DNA of 63,465 nucleotides, the filler included, from Basidioascus undulatus (taxonomy: Eukaryota), in NCBI GenBank assembly GCA_000826855.1. It is 9 parts of 9 records of this genome, joined end to end, with 100 filler letters (N's around TTAATTAATTAA, not from the genome) between each part and the next. Parts side by side here need not be neighbours in the genome. Positions count along the whole stretch, not along the records: positions 21,238 to 28,202 come from JTLS01001643.1; positions 28,303 to 35,267 come from JTLS01001644.1; positions 35,368 to 42,329 come from JTLS01001645.1; 6 more parts are not named here. The stretch is one strand, 5' to 3'. This document shows positions 24,107 through 37,005 of this stretch, piece by piece; within the stretch, counting starts at the first letter, position 1, and every line of letters starts with the position of its first letter. A model generated the notes under the pieces. That model had not been told where the DNA came from. It saw only the letters and a program-made list of their open reading frames with translations, and searched no databases. Made by a program: the position numbers and the translations under genes.

Positions 24107-26619
24107 ATGCCTTCGACTTTCACACTGTCTGCCGAGGCTCGCGAGCTCGCTTCGAAGGTCCTTCAACCGCAGCTTCTCTCTTAGGGATAGAGATCTCACC
24201 ATTCTTCATATACAGCTGAAAGACCCTTCGCTCTTCCTCGAAACCGGATACATCAACGGCGAACATGTCCGCTCGTCCACCGGCGCGACCTTCCCCGTCA
24301 TTGACCCAGCGACGGGAAAGACCATTGGCGTAAGCATTTTTCCGTGGTTGTAAAAGGGTTGAGCTTTATACCAGCTGATGGTTTTTCTCAAAGAACTGCC
24401 CCGACATGACCACTGCCGAGCTCGAAAGCGCGATCGCAGCGTCTGTCGCGGCCTTCGACTACTGGCGGCACACAACACCTAACATCCGCGCCGAAGCGCT
24501 TCAGAAGTGGCGGGCGCTGTGCATTGAACACGCCGAGAGCTTAGCACACTTGATTGTTGCCGAGAATGGGAAGCCGTGGAAGGAGGCGATGGGCGAGGTA
24601 CGTGAGACGCAGCGGCCCAACGCAGCGCTTTCGCACTCACACTGTGACTTCCTAGATTGCGTACTCGAACAGCTTCTTGGATTGGTTTGCTGGAGAGGCA
24701 ATGGTATGGCTCATTCAAATTCACCTATACAACCTTGGTTGGCTGATGCAACGAGCAAATACAGCGGAACTACGGGGATTTCATCCCCAGCCCCAACCCC
24801 CTCTCCCGCAACATCGTTGTAAAGCAGCCCGTTGGACCTGTCGGCTGCATTACGCCTTGGAACTTTTCGGTGGGCATGTGCTCAAAGAAGGCGGGAGCAG
24901 CTATAGCTGCTGGATGCACGATTGTCATCAAGCCTGTGGGGTTTACGATTTTTTACTCGCTGTGCGGACGAGCTGACCTCGACTTTGGCAGCCTCCGGAG
25001 ACCCCCTTCTCCATCATTGCATTTGTCGAGCTTGCAACTAGGGCTGGCATTCCCCCAGGAGTGATTAACGTGGTTCCAACCAAAACACACACGAGGGAGT
25101 TTGGGATTTTGCTCTGCCAGTCCGACGCCATTAAGAAGATCTCGTTTACGGGCTCGGTGCGTTCATCCCATATCTCTTACCTGAAATACATACGCAATAC
25201 AGCCCCATTAACCTTAATTCCCGTGCCACAGACCCCGGTTGGCTTGCACCTCAACCGCCTCGCTGCGAACGCCAGATTGCTCAAGAAGGTCACGATGGAA
25301 CTGGGCGGGAACGCGCCGTTCATCATATTCGACGACGCCGACCTGGATCTTGCGATCGAAGGTGAGCATATTATGGAAAATTTGCTCCACAGTGAAAGTA
25401 AGCTGACCATCGTCGTCAGGTGTCATCGCCGGCAAGTTCCGCGCAAACGGACAGAAGTGCGTTGTCTTTCGATCACGAACTACTCCAAACTGACTGTAAT
25501 GTGACCACTCATAGCTGCGTATCTCCCAACCGCATTTTCGTCCAGTCGGGCGTGTACGACGAGGTCATCTCCCGCCTCAAAGCCAAGCTGTCGCAGTACA
25601 AGGTCGGGCCAGGTCTGGCGAAGGACACGACGCACGGTGCGTTTTGACTGCTGGTTCCTTTGTGCTGGTTGTGCTGCACAACTGATAGTTTGCTGGACAA
25701 ACTCCAGGACCCCTCATCCACACCGCCGCACGCGACAAGTGCATTCGCCTCGTGAAGGACATGCAGGCGAAGGGAGCGACGATCGTCCTCGGCGGGAGAA
25801 TTCCCGAGGGGCTCGACCCGAACGGGGCATATTACGAACCGACGATCGTGAGCGGAATGTGAGTACCACGAGTCCCTGTGGTCTCGCCGAGAGCTTTTGA
25901 CCATTATGTTCAATTGGGCACAGGACGCCCGAGATGGACGCGTGGAGGGAGGAGCTGTTCGGTACGTAACGAGCCGAGCTGTGCGTAACGATGCCTTCAA
26001 CTAACTCCTAACCGCCCGTGAAGGACCCATCGCCGCTTTGCTCAAATTTGACACGGAGCTCGAGGCGCTCAAGGGAGCCAACAACAGCGAGATGGGTGCG
26101 GCTCGCCATTCTCGGCACGCAGTCCATTTTTTCTCACGTCTGACCTGTTTCTCCTTCCGTCATGGCAGGTCTGGCATGCTACATCTACACGAAGGTACGA
26201 TTATCCGACTCCCACCCTACCTCCCTGGAAAAGGTGCTCATCTGCTTACAATTACTCCGAACCTGTTCAGGACGTCGCCCGATGCTGGAGGCTGTCCGAG
26301 GAGCTTTCCTTCGGGATGTGCGGGATCAACGCAGGGATGGTGTCCGCTGCTGAGCTGGTTTGTCCCTCTCACAAGTTATTTAGACATGCACCCCTCTAAG
26401 TAGGCTATGCTTGTCCCACTCTTAGCCGTTCGGCGGGCGCAACAACAGCGGCGTCGGCACCGAGGGAAGCAAGTATGGGCTGGACGACTACCTCGAGAAG
26501 AAGCTGCTTGTAAGCTGGGATCTCCCGCTATCTCAATCATTTCTTCTCCGGGGTTATGAAATGCTAGGTTTTTCTCGTGTCAGGCGTTCGGGAACATCGA
26601 CTCGAGGTCGCTTTGGTAG
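24107..26619 (+). CDS. Succinate-semialdehyde dehydrogenase-like aldehyde dehydrogenase (ALDH5 / Uga2-GabD family), multi-exon
   Basis: LKDPSLF, ENGKP...GE, KQPVGPVGCITPWNF, KKISFTGS|TPVG, MELGGNAPFIIFDDADLD (catalytic Glu), KFRANGQ|NC (catalytic Cys), EELF|GP, PFGG...EGSKYGLDDY. Confidence 0.92.
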
Positions 26620-27338
26620 ACCAGTGGAACCGCGGGGTAGGAATCGACGACAATGTGTGGACAATGAAGAGTATGAATACCTGTACTGTTTGTTCATGGG
26701 TTACCTTCATTTGCATCTAAAGCGGCACAAGCTGTTCATGATTCGTGTCTTCCTTGTATAGAGCGAAGCACTGGACTCACAGGAACCCAGCTGGCTTCAG
26801 TTCCGCTGCTCACAGTAGGCGCCTCTTAAACATCGTACCATGCACCGCCAATGAAGCGGGCTCAAGGGAATTACGAAACATTCTGAGCGTAGTTCATTAC
26901 CATTGTCAAAGTTGAGCCTCCGCTATCAAAAGATTAACAGCCAAGCGGAGGTTTAAACGACTCCCTCACTCAGCTGCAGCCCACTCTCGATCGCTCAGAA
27001 AGCGCACTGCGCAACACGCAGTCCACACGTCGTTAAAACAGATACAACAAGCACGTGGACATGTAACAAGCAATACGAACAAACAACGCCCCCTCCCCGC
27101 CCACCGCCCAAACCTGCCTAACCCTCCCTCACTCCCACACCCGTCTCCATCTCCCCTGCGCACCCCAATCCCACTCCCAGGTCATTCGTGTAGTCTCATC
27201 ATTATCGTAATCTCGAATTGCAATCGTGATCGTAGCGCGTCTCGGTCTTCGCCTCTTCCCGCTCCTCACGCCCACGTCCTTCCTCCTCTCTTCTTCAGGT
27301 ATAGGCGATGCGCCCCTCACGCGGCGAGCGACGGGCGC

Positions 27339-28202
27339 TCAACGGAACTCGAACGACTCGATCGCTGCGCTGGGGACGTAGCGCAGGCTGAGCTCCTGGT
27401 ATGGTTCCGAGCTCTGGTCTTTTCCCAGTAGCCATCCCGTGCCGAACCCATACAGCATGTCAGAAGGCAGGCGCAGGGACAGAAAATAGATGAGCGGGAG
27501 GGGGCACGACAGGAAGACGCACGGAAGTAGAACGCCTGGATGTGCGGGCCTGACTCGGGCGGGGGGTCCCACGGCGCGAGAGACGGGACGGAGGTGGAGG
27601 TGGAGGTGGGCCTCGAGGGAGGGATGGAGGGCGAACGGGCGCGGGAGGGGTAGGATGAGGGGTGTGGGGAGGAGGCGCGTGGTGGGGCAGGAGGGGAAGA
27701 GAGGTCGATGCAGGCGTAGTAGAAGCCTGGGAGTTGGTTGTGGTTTGACTGAGCGCCGCGAGATGGGTTGGAAAGCGAAGGAAGACGTACCCGCGAAGCT
27801 CGCTCCCGCGATATCCCGCACCGTATAGTCCGGGACCATAAACTGTTCCTTCCAGCGCATAAAGATGGTCTCCCTGCGATCCCACCCCTTGCCGGGGTTG
27901 TAAGTCAGGCCCGGGCGGCGGAGCTCGGGCTTGAGTTGGCGGAACGCGGGGAAACGCTGCCAGTGCTTGATGTCGTCCGCCTCGGACGCGCCCCACTTGT
28001 CGGTGACGAAGCCGTGCTCGGCGCCGATGAGATCGGCGGAGAAGAAGGTCGTGAGGTCCGGGTGGGACTGCGTGAGGCCGCGGATACGGAGGTAGCCGGA
28101 GAGGGAGGAGTGGAGCAGGGAGACGTCCTGAGGAGGTGGGGGAGGGAGTTGAGAACGGGGAGGGATGAGGGGGAGGATGGAAGACGGACCTGGTTCCGAT
28201 CG
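27339..28202 (-). CDS. GID4: GID complex subunit 4 / Vid24 (5' truncated)
   Basis: GYLRIRGLTQSHPDLTTFF...KWGASEADDIKHWQRFPAF...IFMRWKEQFMVPD..VRDIAGASFAG|FYY...GFY...SEPYQELSL...SFEFR*. Confidence 0.93.
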   Translation of the reverse strand, partial: RSEPGPSSILPLIPPRSQLPPPPPQDVSLLHSSLSGYLRIRGLTQSHPDLTTFFSADLIGAEHGFVTDKWGASEADDIKHWQRFPAFRQLKPELRRPGLTYNPGKGWDRRETIFMRWKEQFMVPDYTVRDIAGASFAGTSSFAFQPISRRSVKPQPTPRLLLRLHRPLFPSCPTTRLLPTPLILPLPRPFALHPSLEAHLHLHLRPVSRAVGPPARVRPAHPGVLLPCVFLSCPLPLIYFLSLRLPSDMLYGFGTGWLLGKDQSSEPYQELSLRYVPSAAIESFEFR

Positions 28203-28302
28203 NNNNNNNNNNNNNNNNNNNNNNNNNNNNNNNNNNNNNNNNNNNNTTAATTAATTAANNNNNNNNNNNNNNNNNNNNNNNNNNNNNNNNNNNNNNNNNN
28301 NN
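28203..28302. other. Artificial contig linker
   Basis: N44-TTAATTAATTAA-N44. Confidence 0.98.
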
Positions 28303-30668
28303 CTCTGCACTTCCCCCACCCCACCCTTCCCCACCTCACATCCGCTCCCTCAACCACCTCATCAGCCCCCTCGTCCCTGCGTCCCCACCCCCGAAATCAG
28401 CACACCACCTTCCTCGCCGCTCCCCTCCTCCGAACAGGCAAGGACAACGGCGGCTCGAGCGATCTCGAGACCACCACGAAGTGCGTTTAAGGCCTCTAGC
28501 TTTATGTATCCTCCCGGAAAGGCAGGCTAATAAAGGGGGGATAGGTTGAGGACGCATTCGCTTTATGCGCGTAGGTCTTGGAAGGTCTGAGTGTGTAGAG
28601 GAGGGTATTGACGGGTTAGGCGCGGGATAGCTTATGTTGATCAGGAACTCAAGTGCGTCCAGTTTCTTGTCTTGAGCGTCCTAATGCGCAAGCTCACCCT
28701 TCACCTCGTCCGGGCAGCAACCGATGGTGGGACTTCGGCGCGGACACGATCATCGTGCGCCTCACCTATCCTGCTTCTTCCCCAGTTCAAGCTTGAGATT
28801 GAATTCCATAATACCACAGAACACCAACAAGCACGTCCGCCTGACACAGGATCGTCAGTCCGAGATGGGGTGGATCTGGTCCCGTCTCGTGCGCCCCCAT
28901 CTTCCCTTCCCCCGCTCCTTCGCTCCTCAGCTTTTCCTTCCATCCCACCACCTTCCCCTCCGATTTCTCTGTCCCTCCTGGCATACCCGAGTCTGAATCT
29001 GATACGGTGATGCGGGCAGCCCATCTCCGTCCCCTCCTACCAAGTCGAATTCGAGTTTAAGGTGGACGGGAAGAGCAACTCGCTTTACGGTGACGGGTTC
29101 GCGATGTGGCTTACGTGCGTCCGGTCCTTCCTTCCCTTCCTCACCTCCTCACCCCTTCCCTTGCCTACCCTTCCTACTTTTCTCCCCCTCTCTCGCCCTT
29201 ATACCACCTGCGACTTTCAAACTCGTGCAATGAGGTACTGACTTTGGTCGTGGATGAACAGCACAACCCGCGCGAAGGAGGGCCCCGTGTTCGGGTCGAC
29301 CGGTGCGTCGCCGTCCTCTGGCTTCTTCGCTTCCCAAAGAAACTCAGGAAGTGTGGATTTTTGATTCTGGGATGGATTCAGACAAGTTCAACGGCCTCGG
29401 AATCTTCTTTGGTCCGCCCCTCTTCCATCCTCTCACACCACTTCTCCCCACTGACCCTCTCTCCTCCCATCAAGACACCTATGCCAACTCCCGCCACTCC
29501 TGTACGCCTCCCCTTCCCGCGCAATCAAACAGCGAAAACAAGGAAAACTGATTGGGAAACGGAGAACAGACACCTTCCCCCGCGTAAGCGTCATGCTCGG
29601 TGACGGCTCGACCCCGTACGACCACGCGAAGGACGGGCAGGCGAACGAGGTTGCGGGGTGCTCGGTGCGTCTGGCACCACCTTTCCCCTCTTGGATTGGT
29701 TTGAGAGGGTGGGGTGGCTGAGATGGTAGGTTGGTGGGGATGGGGATGGGAAACAGCAAAGGTTCAGGAGGACGGATATTGCATCGAGGGGACGGTGAGT
29801 CGTTGGTCTTTGGTTGTCGGTTGCTGGGGTGGTTGGGCGGGGAGTGCGGGGGGTCGAATGTGGCAGGCGGATGGCAGAAGGTGAAGGTGGGAGGTGGACA
29901 AGGAGGAAGGAGTCACGCGGGATGAAGAAGAAAGGAGGACGAGGATTGAGGGGGGGAAGAGATGGAGCTGGAAGCTGATGAGGACCGTGTGGCGGCGCAC
30001 ACAGCTTCACGTACTACAAGAACAACTACATCAAGCTCGAGCTGCAGCTGAAGAAGTGGGGCGAGTGGGAGGAGTGCTTCACTACGTGCGTCGTCTCGTC
30101 GTCTCGTCGTCTTTCCGTCCCCACTTTCTCGGTCCCTCGTTATTTTGGATTCGGATTGAAGGGGGAGGACTGACGATGAATGCGCGCGGACAGGAACGTC
30201 ACTATGCCGAGGCATCCTTACCTCGGTGCGTTTTGGCGGGAGCAGAGCGGATGGGGAAGGACAAGAGGAAAGGCTGAACGAGTGTGTTGTGGACAGGCTT
30301 CTCGGCTGTTACGGGCGACGTGCACGATGCGCATGAGTGCGTGCTTTCCTTACCATCCATCTTCGCTCCCTGACTTTCCCAAATCCGCCCTTCAATTACT
30401 GCGCGGCTGACATCCCCCTTCCCTTCGCAGTATTATCTCCGTATCAACGCACGAGCTCGTCCCGCGGGCCGCGTCCTCCTCCCGCCCGCGCGTATCCCCC
30501 ACAGGCAGCTCGTCCTGGCGCTCCCGCTCGCGCTCGGGCCGCTCGGGAAGCGGCTTTGCAGCGTGGCTTGGGTGGCTCGTCAAGTGGATCGTGATTGTGA
30601 CGGTACTCTTGGTTGTGGCGGGCTTTGGGAGGGCGTGGTGGATGCAGAGGAGGAATAAACGGTTCTGA
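28303..30668 (+). CDS. L-type (legume-like) lectin cargo receptor, VIP36/LMAN2-like, type I membrane protein (5' truncated)
   Basis: LRTHSLYAP|YVDQEL|NRWWDFG, HVRLTQDRQSEMGWIWSR, EFEFKVDG...GDGFAMWLT, FNGLGIFF|DTYANSRH, FSAVTGDVHDAHD, TM helix and terminal KRF*. Confidence 0.92.
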
Positions 30669-31095
30669 GCTTGGCGGGCATGGGAGGGAAGGGGTGCAGG
30701 GAAGGGGGTGCTGTAGAAGGAGGAAGGAAGAGAGGGGAGATGGAGAGGTTGGGGGAGGATGAGTGTGTGTGTGTATCGACTGAAATTAATGTCGTAGAAG
30801 GGTGAAGATGCCTCGTCGTGCCAGGACGCAAGTCGTGGTAAGTTCTGCTATATCCATTCATTTACGCCCAACAGTCTTTCCTTCACGGAACCGCTGGAAC
30901 GTCCAAAAGAATCTAAAAAAATGTGTTGAAGAATTTCAGGTAGCACCGCCGTATCCTCACACTTAGCCAGCAAGCTGTCGGCCTCACACTCAACGGGAAA
31001 TCTTCACGCAGCGTAGTAGTGTTCAGCAATCCAATTGTCTCCCAAAGGAAGAACACCATCTGGCACAATTCAATGCGATACGGTTACCGCCTCTT

Positions 31096-32876
31096 TCATG
31101 ACCTCCTCATCCTCTCTATGCGCTCCACCCGACCCTTCCTCCGACTCGTCATCCGACTCTGTTTCCCACCCATCGTCCCGAGCTGCGCCATCATGCCCCC
31201 CAGCCCACCAAGTCCCGCGTAGTCAAACGACGACGAAGAGGAGTAGCCCTCGTTCTCGAACTGCTCCGGCCATGCGTCGAGCAAGCCTGCATGTACAAAA
31301 ACAAAGCAGCCGTCCTGTCAGTTGGCGAACGAGGAAATGAAGCGGTAAAAATTAGGAAGAAGCAACGAACGATCATGGCCTTGTATCGGATGCACGAAAG
31401 TCGAAAGGACATAGCCAGTCGACGTGCAACTCACTAGAAGGGTCGAGCGTCAGTTCGGCGAGGACGTCGAGGATCTCGACGTCGTCCGGTTCGTGAGGTA
31501 GAACTGTGCACACAACCTCTGGTAAGCGAAAAACGTGGCCCGAACCGGAATGACTGTACCACATCATTGCCTGGCATCTCCACTCAGTAAAGCTGCGGCA
31601 TTCTGCCCGCGCGGACGAGCCTGAAGAACTCGAGCAGTCGCTCGTGCTCGAGGTACACGTCGATCTCGAGCTTCTCGAGACTGCAGAGCCCGCGCTCCGC
31701 GTCTTTTCCAAAGCCTGCGTACGAGCGGGGTTGCCTCCTCGCCCGGCGGATAGGACAGCACGCGGAGGCGGCGCCGCACATCGTTGAAGTGCTTGGTCGC
31801 GAGGAGCTCGGCGAACTCGGGCTCGTCGCCGTTCAGGAAGTCATCGACATTTTCGAGGTTCAGGTACGCCAGGCTGCTGAGGGGATGCAGGTACTTCAGG
31901 ACGCGGCGTGGACTGTCAGGTGAGGGCACCGGAGATTCAACTCGGCTTGACGAATCGCTTTCCGATTAGGCTGTGAGAGGAAGACGCCACGTACGACATG
32001 AGGTTCTGAAGGTCCTCATCTCGTACAGAGATATCCGAAATGTCGAACACCGTGGTATAGGCCGCTTTGGCGTGTGCGTTGCCACGTCTAAAGAAACGGA
32101 GGAGACTGTCCACGCGCGCGCAGCAGGTCAGCAAGCAATCCCGCTGCATGTGAGTGTACGCACGCTGTGTCATTCTCGAAAACGGGGCTTCGATACAGAA
32201 GCTGTTGAGGACTGGTCAGTATTACACTACAGCACGCTCATGCGGGAACGGGTGACGCACCGGAGTAGCGATGTCCTTCATGACGGTTGATGTAAGAGTG
32301 AGGGCGTGAAGCGACTTCTGGTCGTCCTCAAGGAACCCGGCCATAGCCGCCTTGATCTCCACGGCACCGGCGGGCCACTGGGAAGCCCGACCTGCGCTTC
32401 GCGCTCTTCCCTCGCGCGCTCCTCGAGAAGCGGCAAGACCTTGATCACGGACTCGACGGAACGGACTCCTTCATGTGCCGCTCCATCTCGGCCTTCGCAG
32501 CCTCGAAAGGCGACCGCGTTGCGAGCAGCTTGCTGATCTCGGGGCTGGCCGCCGAGCGTGGTAGCGCGTCTAGCAGCGTGACGAGCTGGTTGCTGAGCGC
32601 GACCTCTGGCGTTACGGCGGGCTGCAGAGCCATTCCTAGATGGTCCAGCTCCGTCGTAAGAGCAGAGAGAAGCTCGCCAACTTCCTGCGGCGGGTCGGGC
32701 AATGCCCTGCGTAGCTGTCGAGAATCGCGGAGATGAGGTCGGCACGGCAGCGATATCCCTCGGCGGGTCGTTGCGGCGTTCGAACGGGAGCGGTGCAGAC
32801 ACAGGACCACTTCTTCCGGGCTACAGCTGTGTGGCTGTGAAGGAGAGCCGTCAGTCGGTTCGAAGAGGAAGGGCAT
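31096..32876 (-). pseudogene. F-box / LRR-type protein, multiply frameshifted
   Basis: PVEIKAAMAGFLEDDQKSLHALTLTSTVMKDIA F-box-like segment near 32370-32270, and LAYLNL / LEKLEI LRR-like pieces in alternating frames with stops. Confidence 0.5.
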
Positions 32877-35203
32877 GAGGATCGCGATGGGCGTACAGTG
32901 TCCGTGTGGGTGTCGGACCCGAGCTTCACACCTGCGCTGAAATTTCACCTGTACAAAAAGCGCGTATCGACACTTGTCTGAAGCGTCAATTTGCGTAAAT
33001 GAAAGTACTCGATGGTTCCTTGCACCAGAAATAGTGGTCTGCATTACGGGTTGAAAAAAAGAGTCGATCGTCATTCCATTCGTAGGTACAGCCGTCTCCG
33101 CCCCGCTCCCAACGTGTTCAGCCCGCATCCTTCAGGGCCACCTTCAAGCGCATGCCATCCTGCTCCCACAGCGTCCCACTCATCATCCTCTCTTCATCTG
33201 AACCTATGCCATTCAGAAACGGAATGTCTGTGTTCCCCTCGCGAATCAAGTGTACCAGTATACTTCTACCTGCCTGTCGCGTAGAGAGTCACAAACGGCT
33301 CGCAACCCGGTCTGCGTAGGGGGGTACTCCAACCCGCCCAGGATCAAATGAACGCGCTGCAGTTATGGGAGACATTTGGGAGCTCCCACCTGAGCGCTTT
33401 GGTCGTAACTACCATAAATCAATGCTACATGGGTGAGTCCGGTGAAGCTGCTGATTGCTGCAGCCTGATGTACGGGGCTGATATGCAGAGCCTCCGCATG
33501 GCCGTGGGCCTGAAGATGATCGCCCTGAGGTGAGCCCAGTCAAAGTCTTGCTCATTCCTAGAAAGAACGTAAATTCCTCAAGCTCATGCTTCAAAGCGCC
33601 AAACGATCCTTCGAGATGGGTTGGTGAGAGGGCTCAGCCAAGCAGGCGACCATGTGCGCAACGACGTCAAGCAGAACGTAGACGGGCATTGTGAGTGTGT
33701 GGTGTGAGGGTGTGAGCGATTGGGATGTTGATGTGAGTGATGAGCTGCGGAGCGATAGTGGTTGGCTCGAGGGCAAAAGACAGCGGCCGAGGGAGAGAGA
33801 TGGCGGACATCAGCGTTGTCTCGCGCGCTCTGCAACAGTTAAAAAATCAGAACCTGTATCTTCTCTCAACACGGATGCGCGAAACCCACAAAGACAAAAA
33901 TCAAACTCTGCCAAAGCTCAAGTACAGTGCTAGGGTATAAAGCAAAGCGGAGCGAAGTGATGCAAGACGAGACGGGATGATGTGCGTGAGTGCAAGAGAT
34001 GTGCGAGTGGTGCCTGCGTGCGGTTGGTGGGTGAATGCGACTGGAACAGAGATGAGGGAGGGAATGGGAGAGGAATGGGGAGGTAGGGACGGGGCTCGTT
34101 ATCGGAAGAGAGAAATGCTAGGTCGTTAAGGAAAGCGCTACTAATGCGCAAAACGTTATGCAGGAAGTGACAGGAGAAAGGTGCGTTTGCGGTGGATAAG
34201 GGAGGGCAAGAGGAACAATACCATTCAAATCGAAAACGAAAAGAGCTGTTCCAATAGTAACAGTTTTAAATCTGGAGTGAGACGCGCTGCGACGGAAAGG
34301 AAAAGAGAGAGGGGGGAACGAGGTATGCGCGAGATAGGGGTGTATCTGAAGATGGTCATGCGAGCGTGAAGCTGTATGGGGGGTTGCATGGGTGAGTGGA
34401 AGTCAAAAGTTGGGATGTGGTTTCGATGGTGGGGATAAGATGTGAATTGCGTGAGTAGAGAAGGAAGTGCGGTGCTCGAGTGGCGAGGGGAGGAAAGGGT
34501 CGGGGTGGGGATGGTAGAAAGGGTGGGGATTGTATGAGCGGTCGGGCATGATGCTTGCGACCAGAGCTCTGCTTAGACAGCACCCTCCAACAACCCGTAC
34601 CACAGGGAAGAATGCATAGGAGTACATGACGATCTGATCCAGCCTACCTGAAAAATATGAGTGCAGCGACCCGTCTTTGGCGCCCGTGTCGTAGGCAAAC
34701 CGTGAAAGTTTGAAGAGGACTGAAGAGTGTACATAACTTTCCATATGATACCATTTCCATAAAATTATATACATATGTGAGAATTCCTCCAGGGTATGCC
34801 GTTTCCAACTTCCGAGCCACCAGATTTCAAGGACAACGTGACGAGAGTGACAGAGCTGTGGGGATGCGGACTCATGCAAGTCACACCGCTGTGTGCATTC
34901 TCCTCTTGCTTCGAGTTAAGACTGCGCAGAGGAAATGCATAAAGAATCTACAATATAAGCAGAATAAGACTTCAAAGCAGCTAAAGCAAAGGGCGAGAAG
35001 GCTGCCTAGGGAGAGTTCCAGCTTCAACAGAGCGGCTGCGGCTGCGGAGTCGACTTGAAGCTTGATCCCATCGTCAGGACGCCTTTGACTTCCATTCGAA
35101 AGACTGAAACTTGAAGTATTCGCATTTCAGAAGACTGTACAAAGGAACTTTGCCAAGCCACATGAGCTCTGAACCTGCCTGCTCCACATAGTATGAAAAT
35201 GAA

Positions 35204-35267
35204 CAATAAGGGCATATGGGCATTTGGTGTAGGGGCTATCATATCTCATTCGCAATAAGGGCATATG
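35204..35267. repeat. 15-bp direct repeat CAATAAGGGCATATG (49-bp period) running into the contig end
   Basis: Copies at 35204-35218 and 35253-35267. Confidence 0.75.
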
Positions 35268-35367
35268 NNNNNNNNNNNNNNNNNNNNNNNNNNNNNNNNN
35301 NNNNNNNNNNNTTAATTAATTAANNNNNNNNNNNNNNNNNNNNNNNNNNNNNNNNNNNNNNNNNNNN
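35268..35367. other. Artificial contig linker
   Basis: N44-TTAATTAATTAA-N44. Confidence 0.98.
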
Positions 35368-36633
35368 GGTTCAGAACGGATCGATTTGTTTGCGAGAACG
35401 AAGGAAGAGAGAGGCAGGGTGGGGGGAAGACGGGGGTGGTACTTTTTTAATGGGGTGGGATGATGGGGAGGGACGAAGGGGGGTGCATTGGTTCGGCGGA
35501 CCAGGACGGATGGGCTGGGTTAGTCGGGGCGCTTCTCCTCTCCGCGGCGCGGGGGCTCGTAAATCTGTCCTTCTACCTAGCGATTGGGCGTATGTTGTGA
35601 GGAAAAGCCTGAGCGCCTTCGTCAGGTTAACCGCTACCTACTGCATGATTGACCTGCCGCGGGGCGCACTGTGATGGTGTGCCCGGATGCTTGAACGAAG
35701 GACGCTTGGAAGAATAGATTGGTAAGAAATTTGCACTCGTACGGAGCGCAGCCTGGCCAGTTTCTGGCACAGTGACTGTTAGGTACTCCGGCTGCTTGCA
35801 TTCTCCGCGTCTTTGGGGCATCGCTGAGTCTCTTGCGTGCTGCCCTTTTCATAGTATCGAATTGATACCTTTTCTCTTTGTATCCTGGAATTATTTGATT
35901 TCTTTGTAACGCGAGCAGGGGAGGTTAATGGACTGACCGCGCCGCGGGGCAGGACCACTGCGCGTTGAAGGCAGATTCTAAGCCGGAAAAGTGCACTGAA
36001 ATGATATTTTTCTAAAGTTGTGCCTTTCCAATCCTGTAACGTCACCTTTCACGCAGCAAACCTGAAATGTCCGAGGGAAGGACGCTGGCGATGCCCAGTT
36101 CACCGCTCGGTTGGCTTCATTTTTCTCGTTTGCGGGCCCAACAATTGCATTAGGGCATGGTAAAAAAATAAGGCAGGCATTTTGCATGGGCTATGGCAGC
36201 TTGTACATTACAACATGCGCATTGAGTGAATGTATGACATCGAGGGTTGGATGATAAGCAGAGGTGTTTCCGCGATCTCGGCCGCGGGTGTGAAGGAAAG
36301 GGGAAAGACGTCGGCGTTGGCGAAGTCGAAGGTGAAGAGAAACGTTGAGGGTGAAAGCGAGCTGGATGGGAGGGGAAAGGGGGAGGCGGAGAGGACCTGT
36401 GTGTACTTTGATCAGAAACCGGCCGAGGCTCCTTACGGTATTCAAGCCTATACATACGGGAGAGAGACCGCTGGTAAGCGCAGCTTCGCTTGTGAGCTGG
36501 ATCCCGGTGGTCCGCTGTGACGAATCGGCCGCAACAGCGAGCGCTGGAGAGGGCCAGCCAACGCAAGCCTGGCTATAACTTGAGCGGATATTCGGCGCCA
36601 TTTGTCCGTAGTCGTACGAGCTGTGGACTTACT

Positions 36634-37005
36634 TCAGAGACCTTGGGCTGTCGCTGTCCGTGACGAGACCGGTGGATGCTCCCTCAGCCAATACGCTAGC
36701 CTCGCCCGCGTCGGACTCCGAGATAGTCGGCGAGCCTTGAGCCTGCACTGCGTGTTGCTCTCTCGAGTGGCGTTTTCGCGCCGCTCGTGTGCCGCGGTCG
36801 GGACCTCGCCGTCGTCTGGGTTGAGAGGTACTTCAGCCTGCGGCGACAAACACTGGGATTCGGCACAGATCCAAACTTGTACGTACACCGTAACTGGGAA
36901 CCTACACTCCAGTCCGTGTACCTTGCAACAATTGCACGGCTCGTCTCCGACGCACTTGTTCTTGCCTCTCCGGCACTCGAGACACGATACTGTCCTGCGC
37001 GGCAT
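36634..37005 (-). CDS. Zn(II)2Cys6 binuclear-cluster protein, short or degenerate
   Basis: CLECRRGKNKCVGDEPCNCCKVHGLEC fits C-x2-C-x6-C-x5-C-x2-C-x6-C at the N-terminus; no recognisable downstream TF domain. Confidence 0.7.
   Translation of the reverse strand: MPRRTVSCLECRRGKNKCVGDEPCNCCKVHGLECRFPVTVYVQVWICAESQCLSPQAEVPLNPDDGEVPTAAHERRENATRESNTQCRLKARRLSRSPTRARLAYWLREHPPVSSRTATAQGL

Noticed and set aside
17476..26619. Amino-acid permease plus SSADH as a GABA-utilisation cluster
   Set aside because: They are on different contigs separated by an artificial linker.
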